Assembly (NCBI GenBank): GCA_964270895.1
Contig: OZ185441.1
DNA length: 64,000 bases
Direction: 5' to 3' (one strand)
DNA from: Podarcis filfolensis
Lineage: Eukaryota
The translations under genes and the position numbers were made by a program. Positions 24,606-33,409 of this stretch are shown one piece after another. Each line of letters begins with the position of its first letter. The first letter of the stretch is position 1. The notes below the pieces were generated by a model. The model had not been told where the DNA came from, ran no database searches, and worked only from the letters and a program-made list of their open reading frames with translations.

Positions 24606-25319
24606 CTAGGAGACAAGTGATGAAAATAAAAGACATTTGTTTACAGGACATTCAGATACAGGCACTCCATAGCAGTTCTAAGCAAAACAGGGAGGCAGAC
24701 TAAACATACCATATGCTCCAATGGTGTACAGTCTCTTCATCTATTTACATACCATGGCAATCTTACTTGGCAAACATGGGAACATTTATTTTAAAGCAAT
24801 TATTGAGGCAAAATGTGAAGAGCTAGTATGAATACCACCTGAACAGCACCATAAGATCAGCCATATCTACAGGCTGTACAGTATACAAGTAAAGAACTGT
24901 TACCTTCAGCTGGTCATTCATTCCAGAGAGCTGGAATGGCAACACCAAAAACCTGGTTTCTAGTATAGGTTAAGTGCACCTCTGGGGGTATCTGGTACTC
25001 CTAGTAGTACCCCAAATGAGAAGTACAATTGCCAGGCAGGAGTATACTGGGCAAGACAGTACCTTTGATATCCTGGTCCCAAGTTGTTTAGAGCTTTAAT
25101 GCTAAAAGCAAGACCTTGAACTGCACTTGGTAGCATATTGTCAGCTGGTGCAGTTCCTCCAGCAGAGGTGTTCTATGGTGTCCATGGGGTGCCCCGTGGA
25201 CCACTGCTGAGGAATCACCAACCTAGATTCAGCATTCTGCACCACCTGCAGCTTCAAGTTAGGCTCAAGGAAGTCCCACATGCAGTGTAGTGCAGTGCAT
25301 TGCAGTAGATTTAATGGAT

Positions 25320-25472
25320 CGGCATTTCAATCCCTTTTCTAATGATCATGGAATTCACCTTTTTTAGTAGCTGTCATGCACTGGCTTGACATCTTCACTG
25401 AGTTGTCCACTAGAACCGCAAGGTCTATTCCTGGTCAGTCACACATCCCTTTAGCAGATATGTGAAATTTTG
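25320..25472 (-). mobile_element. Old CR1 ORF2 fragment
   Basis: Resembles the [19 protein letters not shown] region of the CR1 at 52218. Confidence 0.55.
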
Positions 25473-25766
25473 TGTTCACCACAAGCCAGTATGTGGCCAG
25501 AGTCAGCCACATTAAAACTGAGGGAACACTTGCTTACAGTGTTCTGAGGGAATTTGAAACACAATGGCAACAGTGGAGAGACTTGGATGCCCAAGAAAAG
25601 CAGGGTCTATTTTAATATATGTTAACAGAAATTTAATGAAGCAGGAGAAATCTACTTTTTACACTCAAGTAATCAACATCCATAATTGTATTCAACGTTG
25701 ATATGCTATTTCAGTGTTTCACTGAAATAGTAATCTCATGCAAATTGTGAATGCTTAAATACTAAC

Positions 25767-25924
25767 CCACAATTCTGCTTAGCATTTGCTGTTCATCCTC
25801 TGACATTTTAATATAGATCACTTGGTTGTTAAACTGGCCAATCCCACGAAATGCCACGCTGAAGAGTTTTCCCCGCAACAAAGCTTGCACTTTGGCCTTG
25901 CTGTGCTCCAGAGCAGAAACAGCC
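25767..25924 (-). pseudogene. AKAP7: AKAP7-like exon (intact, 158 nt, phase 2 to 1)
   Basis: Acceptor ttcctttcgtttaaag|g; donor gtgg|gttagt. Reads AVSALEHSKAKVQALLRGKLFSVAFRGIGQFNNQVIYIKMSEDEQQMLSRIV. Confidence 0.88.
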
Positions 25925-27231
25925 CTTTAAACGAAAGGAACACACTCCTAAGTAGGAAATCACCAGCCAAGCAGCTTTGGAAATAAATACTAAGGTCAAG
26001 ACGGCTTTTTGGAACGTCTGCTTGCATAGATGCAAAATATTCATTGCAAAAGCACAAGGTCAGCATAAAAGAACAAAATGGGATAGATCTAGATAAGCTT
26101 TTCCCTGACCGCAATAGGATCCAGCAGAGGTTCCCACTGAAGGAAGCTGGGAAGCAATTCTCACCAATTTCCTCTGTACACATACCCAGCACCACCTTCA
26201 CTGCTACAGAGGATCCCATAATGTTGTGGAGCAGTTTTTCAGAGGGCATGGTGCCAGAAGGGGAAATTGACATAATTCACCTCTTTCTTCCAGTGCAGCA
26301 ACATGTGGGGGGAACTCCTCAGCAGCCTGGATCAGACCTTTTTGGTCCTGAAGGTCACGTGCAGTGGTGGGTGAACATTCACCACAAGCCAGTATGTGGC
26401 CAGAGTCAGCCACATTAAAACTGAGGGAGCCTGCCTGACCAACAGCTGTTTGGTGGGCTAGTGACACATTTTTAATGAGGAGATAAATATGCAGGGAAAA
26501 CTCTTCCCTCACATCTCTCTCTCTCCCCCCCTCTTCCCATTAAAATTATGCCCCTTCCCTTGAATGGAGAAGTCCATCCCTGTGTGTCCATCTGCTCATC
26601 AAAATGCAGGAGATTGTTCTCCTAGGGGTTGTCTAAGCAGTACAGGGACACCGATCTTTACAGGATTGGGAGCACTGCAGGAATGAGGTTAAAACCCCCT
26701 CCCACTGCACATGAAATACTGCCCTCCTTTCCAACTTATGGCTGAGCAGCTGAGCAGCAAAAGGAAGGTGGGGAAGCTCCTCTGGGTTTGGCGGCCTATG
26801 AGTTGCCTGCCTCAGATATTGGAGGTTCATCCATAGATTGCACTGTCCTCTGTTGTCATCCATGCTGACATTGTAGTAAGTGTCCTTGAGTTTGCTTACT
26901 TTCAAGTAAGTATGCTTAGGTCTGATAAGTTACCAAGCATCAAGCACTGAAGAGGCAAGTAAAATGTTTGCTGTATCAAAAGTTCTGCTTGTGTTGAAGG
27001 TAGCAGGCCCTTTAAAAGCCTTAGACAAATAAATTGGGCTTCTTCCTGTATAATATTAAACTGTAATTGTACCACATCATTGTATTACACACAGTTTATT
27101 TACTATTACCCCAGAACAAATCCATTATTCAATTAAATTTAATTGATCGTTATCTGTTACACTGCAAGCCCCACAATAGGTTTCGGTTTTTAGTTGTTCA
27201 TTTCCTGTCAGGCTAAAGCCCCCCAAACATA

Positions 27232-27426
27232 CAGTGGTACCTCAGGTTACAGACGCTTCAGGTTACAGACTCTGCTAACCCAGAAATAGTACCTTGGGTT
27301 AAGAACTTCACTTCAGGCAGCGGGAGGCCCCATTAGCTAAAGTGGTACCTCAGGTTAAGAACAGTTTCAGGTTAAGAACGGACCTCCAGAACAAATTACG
27401 TAAGTTCTTAACCTGAGGTACCACTG
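27232..27426. mobile_element. Same MITE family, internally deleted, opposite orientation
   Basis: TIRs and TA TSD present; 195 bp. Confidence 0.88.
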
Positions 27427-28115
27427 TACATACATTCTAAACCTGAAGCTCAACCAGTTATTTCAATCATACTCCTAAAAATAAATCCTGAGATATAAAA
27501 GATAAACATAAATATTAAATAAGACATTGTTTAAAATAGCTTCTGCAACATAAAACCCTAAGAGATTTCTGAAGGTACCTTGTAGAGCTCCATTTAATTT
27601 TATGAAGTGCTATTCATATAGCAGCGCAAGTTTATTTTTTATAATATATACATTTACAAAAACAGACATATTGATTATTTCCAATGGGTAGGATTGCCCT
27701 CAGGCATAAACTATCAGAAACACTTGTGTGATAAGAGTCTGCTATACCAGGACCCCTCTGAACCAAGGACATTGGGTTGCCTTCCTCCACCTCACAGCAC
27801 TTCAGCCCAGAAGCCCTAGTGGAGCCACAGTCTCCTTTTTAACACTCATCTTGAGGATGAACTGCGCTTCGGAAGCAGAGACTGAGCTCAGCTCACATGG
27901 AGCTTCCATTGCCTACGTCTTGCACAGAGCTGTCCAAGGTAAACATTGGAACCTTGCCTCACATTGCCTCTGTACTGCCAGGTCTATTATTCAAAACAGG
28001 ATAAGACCACTAGCTATCATGTCCTGAATACTTTGAATGTTATGATACAGTTATGAAAATTTCAATTTTATAATAGTCCTCTAGTAACTCACAATAAAAG
28101 TTATTTCACCAACGC

Positions 28116-28254
28116 CAGTCAGTAGAGCACGAGACTCTTGATCTCAGGGTTGTGGGTTTGAGACCCACATTGGGCAAAAGATTCCTGCATTGCAGGGGGT
28201 TCGAAAAGAAGACCCTTGGGGTCCTTCCAACTCTACAGTTCTATGATTCCATGA
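28116..28254 (+). mobile_element. SINE with tRNA-Lys head and CR1-type 3' tail
   Basis: cagtcagtagagcacgagactcttgatctcagggttgtgggtttgagacccacattgggc resembles tRNA-Lys(CTT). The tail ..ccttccaactctacagttctatgattccatga resembles the 3' end of the CR1 at 52218. Confidence 0.8.
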
Positions 28255-28632
28255 CCAGTTCACACATTCAGTCAGTGGAAGGATTTCCACTCATACAGCA
28301 GAAATTGTCTTCCTTTCCTTCTCCCCGGCACCCCCTAAATCTATTCTGTAGTAGATTTGGGGAAGGGGAGGTGTGTGCACAGGGAGAGGGAGGGTTCCAC
28401 TGTGCAAGCAGAAAATCTTACACAGATGAACCTAGTTCGCTGGATAAACTTACTACCTTGGCTGACCCAAGCTAGAAAATGGACAGGGGTAGCACAACCC
28501 TCACAGTGGCATTTGATCCCACGCTGACCATGGTATCCAACACAAACTGTGTTAAGAATAAAAACCATTCATTCATTTAATTGCAAAGCGACATTTTAAG
28601 TTATTTCCTCTCCCTGTTTTAAGTTCCCTTAC

Positions 28633-28768
28633 CTTCTCACATCATATTCTGTCCTCAGATGAGCTACAGTAATCATAAATGCACCGTTTGATCTGGAATT
28701 GGGGCTCTCAAGAGGTCAGGCTCTTTGGTGAATATCAACTCTTGGACATCTTCAATTTTATCTAAAAT
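28633..28768 (-). pseudogene. AKAP7: AKAP7-like exon with first HxT motif, 1-nt deletion
   Basis: Acceptor cctttttatcattag|att; donor gagaag|gtaagg; 136 nt. Reads ILDKIEDVQELIFTKEPDLLRAPIPDQTVHL, then 2 nt (tg), then ITVAHLRTEYDVR in the shifted frame. Confidence 0.88.
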
Positions 28769-31700
28769 CTAATGATAAAAAGGAGGTTTATCAAAAATAA
28801 TGCACCCACTTTGTTAACATTTTAACCCTAGACCCAGAGATAATTTATTTAGCTTCTTAAGACACTTGGGAAGTGTCCCTGTTCAAGATGTGTTCAGTCA
28901 TTCTCCAGGTGCTAGGCAGTGATTTGAAGTTATCTCTCTTAAACCAAAAGCAATTTTTAACATCAAACTGAACTCATTTTGGGGTTCATGAAAACAGACT
29001 GAGATAAGGAACTTTTTTAGGCTCTAAAAATAAAGTTCTTTGGGAGGGGAGGGATTCCGGATTTACCATCCCTAAGAAACACATTATTGATACATAATTC
29101 TTATGTGCAACTTCAGACTTCCAGTTGAGTTGTATCTACTTGACAGAATGCAGAATGCATCTTCACCTTTGCCTGAATCCCAGAATTTCAATAAGATCTT
29201 TCCTTAAATTTTAAATATATAGAGTATATTCTGAGGAAGCAGAAACTGATTGTGCTATTTCTGAACCTCAGCTTCAGTGAGGGCACAAAACTAAGAGAAC
29301 TAAGTATTGGTGTGGTCTTATGCAGCTGCCAATTGTTAACAGACTGGAAAATGGAATAGCATTTCCATAATTAATTGTGTGCTACTTTCTGATTACATGA
29401 AGAAACCGATGCATTTTCCCAAGTGGGAAACTGTGATGGCAAATAAATCCGTTCAGATGACTAAATTTGCCACTTTTAAAGACATTGTTTTTGCTGATCT
29501 GCATGGCCCGTTCTCAGCATTTTCCAAGTCTGTTTCATCTGTATAGCTGAAAAGCTGCAGGAAAAAATATTATGCTTTTTGAAAGAACCTTCAGTAGCAT
29601 TCTTAGGATTAAGATGAATGAATTTAACCAGGAGAGGGAAGTCCCAATGGCCAGAAGCTTAAACATGCTCTGAAAAGAAGTTATGCTGAAATTCTAATTG
29701 GCGTGGTTCAGTTTTGTTCACTTGAAAATGCTCTTATGTTTCTGGGGCACCAAAACCAGACTATAATATTTTCTATACTTCAACAAAAAAAAGTTAAGCA
29801 TATAGACATGCTGTTCAAGGGCATTCAAGTGGCCTGGTGTACAATTGTGTGCTTATATTCCATAACCTTTTTTTATTATTAGTGCTGCAGGCTTGAATTC
29901 TGGGGTGGGAAACCCTTTTTCAGCCTGAGGGATGCATCCCTTTCTGGGGGCCATACATCTGTAGTCAACAGGGCCAGAGGTCAATGTGAGTGGAGTAAAT
30001 GTGAATTTCACACTTGCACAGTAGTCTAGTGTCTACACACACTCACAGCTTACTCTAGCCTTAATTCAGGCAAGCAAGAGGCATTATCAGAGTTCAGACA
30101 AAAACACTCAAGGAGCATGTGAAGCAAGGCCCAGGTGGCAGGGGGAACATCCCAACAGTCAGAGAAAGTAGCCTGGGGGGCACATACAGAACACCCCTAG
30201 GCCTGAGGCTTCCCAGCCCTGCTTAAATTGATGGATTAATCCAGTGGAAACCTTATTGGTCTGGCAAGCCATGTCCTCATCTGTTTCCATCCCTGTGTGC
30301 CCAGAGGAGAAGCATATGCCTGTGCTGCCCAGGGCGGACGCGCTCCTGAGGGGGGGCATGGGAGCGCTCCCGAGGGGGGCGGGGGGCAGAGGGTGCCCTC
30401 CCATGTGCCACAGTTCAGGGTAGGAGAGGGGTGGGGAAGCTGCTGCTCACTGTCCTTCTGCTCTCCGCAGCCGGGTCAGACATGACCCGGCAATGGAGCT
30501 GCTGCGGCCAGGTGTGCTTTGCCACGGCTGAGGTGGGCTGCTCTCTGCTGCCAGGTCAGAAGAGCCGCTGCCACCAGGTGCCAGGTGGGCTGCCCATTCG
30601 CCTGCCATTTTGTCACCCCCCTCAGTCATGACACCCGGGGCGGACCACACACACCACACATCCTTTCCTACGCTTCTGTGTGTGCCAACTTTGATAGGCT
30701 GACATCACCTGACAGCATTGCAAGGAGCTCTGCCAGCCCTGCACTCAGGGCTTATCCTGAGTCTAGGGCTGGCAAAGCTGCATCTTGCAGGTATTGGCTG
30801 CATGACTGAATTCACAACAGTGAACTCAGTCATGCAGCTGATGCAGCCCCCTGACATTTGGGTTTTCCAGATCTTTGTACGAGCATTTTTATTTATTTTT
30901 TATTTGTCTGCAATTGCCGTTTGCTCTGATTCAGCAGCAAAACATGGGTTTCCCAGGGAAAGCACTGGACGAAAAGCAACAACAACCGCTACTTGGACCT
31001 GTGCCCAGAAATGTGGCATAAAAGGGAGTGTGGACGAGCCCATAGTTACAGCAAATTAAGTACTAATTAGGAACGGCTTAATGATTTTTAATTCACATCA
31101 CAGCATTCCAATTATTAAGCCAAATTTGCCTTACCTGGTCATTTGCTATTGGGATTGCAACAAAATAGGCATATCCCTTCTGTGTTTCTTAGATACATTT
31201 TTTTCTTTGTGTTCCTGTTCCTTCTCTTCTGCCTTCATCTTTTGGGTTCCTTCATCTGAACCATGTTGCTACCGATGAGAGAAAATGTCATCTTCATTTT
31301 CATGTTCCTGCTGCTTCTCTGTGGTTGGGTCTTGTGTGTCTTCCTCTCTCATACTACAAGATTGAAGTTTTAGCATATTTGTTAGTTCTGCATGTTGGCT
31401 GTCATCATGCAATTTCTTCTCCATCACCATCACCTCTAATCTTTCTTTTTGCTCTCTTTGTAGCAGGTCTTTGGCCTTGAGCTGCTCTGTGCTGCTCTGG
31501 TTCCACTTATGTTGCTGTTGCAAGTTCTCATTCCCCAGTGATTGATTCATGTTCTTCCATAGAGACTTTGAATCCAACAGATTTGTCTCTTCCCGATCTT
31601 GTTGCTCCTGCTCCTCTTCCATTATTATCCCATTCTTGCACTGGGTTTGCTGCTGGTCTTGTTTTTCATGAGGTGCATCCTTGTACCTGTTATTGCGTTG

Positions 31701-31823
31701 CCAATGGGCATCCTCACAAAGAAGTTCTCGTTACAGATAGGTAGCCGTGTTGGTCTGCCATAGTCAAAACAAAACAAAAATTTCTTCCAGTAGCACCTTA
31801 AAGACCAACTAAGTTAGTTCTTG

Positions 31824-31861
31824 GTATGAGCTTTCGTGTGCATGCACACTTCTTCAGATAC
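31824..31861 (-). ncRNA. Minimal type-I hammerhead ribozyme motif (Penelope-associated)
   Basis: GUAU-CUGAAGA-A-GUGUG catg CACAC-GAAA-GC-UC|AUAC. Both core boxes, helix II, a 4-bp helix I (GUAU/AUAC) and a palindromic AGCU in place of helix III. Confidence 0.65.
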
Positions 31862-31866
31862 ACACT

Positions 31867-31904
31867 GAATCTGAAGAAGTGTGCATGCACACGAAAGCTC
31901 ATAC
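31867..31904 (+). ncRNA. Second minimal hammerhead motif with a mismatch in helix I
   Basis: GAAU-CUGAAGA-A-GUGUG catg CACAC-GAAA-GC-UC|AUAC; helix I pairs at 3 of 4 positions. Confidence 0.5.
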
Positions 31905-33232
31905 CAAGAACTAACTTAGTTGGTCTTTAAGGTGCTACTGGAAGAAATTTTTTTTGTTTGTTTTAAAGAATTTCTCCTTCATGACCATTCCGCTGTACAC
32001 GTGGGTTGCAATTTTACAGACACACATGATACCTCTCCAATTTTGTTCCACTCTTGTTGCACCTCGACTGTTACTGATGGCATATTTTGTCCTTCTTGTA
32101 CCTGTACGGTCATCTTGGGAACCTCTCCTCTTCCATTCCGTTGCTGCTGAACAGTCACTGTCACATACTGTGCTTTATCTCTTTCCCCCTGTTGTCTTTG
32201 TTGACATGAACCATTACAGATGGCATCTTCTTTTCCTCAGTCTGAGTTTGCACTGCTACATCGAAAGTAGGCCTTGCTTTGGCCTATTGTATATTTCCCA
32301 CCCTTGCCTATTGACCTTCACCTGGAAGCTTTGGAGACTTCCCATTCCCATTATTTTCTTCAGACGGTAACAGCTGCAGTTGAGCCATCATCTTTAGTCT
32401 ACAACACCAACACTGTTTCTTCCAAAACGGGTTCCTCCTCCAGAATATTGTCCTTTTTTTCTAGGTCTGAAATCTGCTTTGTAGAAGAGATTGAGAAATG
32501 GACAGATGCTAACACGAAATTCCAAAACCATGAATAAGAGGTAAATAATAATTCCACTTGATTGTAGCACTGTAACACATCCTGAGAAAGGTCTAAGCTC
32601 AAAAAAAAAGTGGCATGAGGACAGTAGGACCATATTGGTTCACATTATTTCTGGTTGAACACAGGTTGTCCAAGTGTCACAAGCATTTGGGGATGCTGAG
32701 AACTGAGTGATAAGAACAAGGAACAGTTTACAGACCCAAGTAGGCAAAACAGCTGCTTAAAGGCAAAACCAATATGGAATGATTAGCACCAGAATATTTG
32801 TATTTGACAGGCATGAATTGCTCTGTGTTATACTGTAAATGGATACAATATATAAGACTTCAGGAAACAGTCTCTGTGATGAAAATCATAGGATGACACT
32901 AGAAAGCTCACAGCGGAGAAAGAAAAATATGCAATTTAGCATGATACTTACTTTCAAATATTTCTCTAATGTCAGCATCAAGGAAGGGATGTTCTGTCAA
33001 ATTCACTTTCTTCTCAGTCCTCAAGCTATATTTTGTATAATTACAATACATACATACAGCACAAAATATTACAAAATATTAGTAAAACCAGCAAATCAAA
33101 TAAATTAGTGAGACCACAAGACTTGCTATGTAGCTAAACATGCTGTATGTGCTGTATTGCTCTAGACCATTTTAGTCTAAGCTCTTGTACACTATCTTTG
33201 TGACATTGGTTGGCATAATAAAGGGATAGATG

Positions 33233-33409
33233 CAGTGCTTTTTTTCTTTAAAAAAAGTTTAAGGGTTCTCTCATTTTGACTCAAGAAAATCACCATTTTA
33301 TAGTTCAAATCAGGAAAAATAAATACAGTAAATGGACAATAGTACAAAAATTCACAAAATGCTTAGGGGTATATGTACCCCCCTGCATACCCCCAGAAAA
33401 AAAGCACTG
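33233..33409. mobile_element. hAT-type MITE (cagtgctttt family), opposite orientation
   Basis: Perfect 8-bp TSD gatagatg at 33225-33232 and 33410-33417. Confidence 0.88.

Larger units (their letters stand above)
31730..31964. mobile_element. Penelope-like element remnant in inverted (hairpin) configuration
   Basis: Perfect 84-bp arms at 31776-31859 and 31869-31952 with a 9-nt spacer. Flanked by aaagaagttctc (31718-31729) and aaagaatttctc (31965-31976), an 11/12 TSD. Confidence 0.8.
14871..32508 (-). pseudogene. AKAP7: AKAP7-like 2H phosphoesterase gene, multi-exon, disrupted (orthologue vs paralogue unresolved)
   Basis: Five minus-strand segments with AG acceptors translate in order to the AKAP7 central domain: AYFVAIPIANDQ | ILDKIEDVQELIF..VHL.ITVAHLRTEYDV | AVSALE..FRGIGQFNNQVIYIK | ..RPHLTILKLSKS | GFTKIQEDLY..IDLCAMHEKKQISGYYHCASSI. 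Human AKAP7 recalled as NYFLSIPITNK / FHITLLV / FQGIGTFGNQVGFVK / KPHLTFMKLSKS / [22 protein letters not shown]. Multiple stops and frameshifts. Confidence 0.85.
31135..32508 (-). pseudogene. AKAP7: AKAP7-like exon (human exon 3 equivalent, expanded to 1374 nt)
   Basis: Acceptor tttcgtgttag|ca at 32508; donor gaccag|gtaagg at 31135. The 3' end reads KKHRRD.. then YFVAIPIANDQ in a different frame. TAG stops at 32399 and 31269; Penelope insert at 31730-31964. Confidence 0.75.

Noticed and set aside
26292-26420. Exon-like minus-strand segment FNVADSGHILACGEC..AALEER with AG and GT boundaries
   Set aside because: The AKAP7-like exons on either side already join in phase without it, and the peptide has no similarity to the family. 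It may be chance.
28116-28180. Possible tRNA-Lys gene
   Set aside because: The 5' acceptor stem is missing, the B box is mutated (gtttgag) and it runs into a CR1 tail, so it is a SINE.
31776-31952. Possible pre-miRNA or CRISPR-like repeat
   Set aside because: The sequence and TSD point to a Penelope-derived inversion; there is no spacer array, and the host is eukaryotic.
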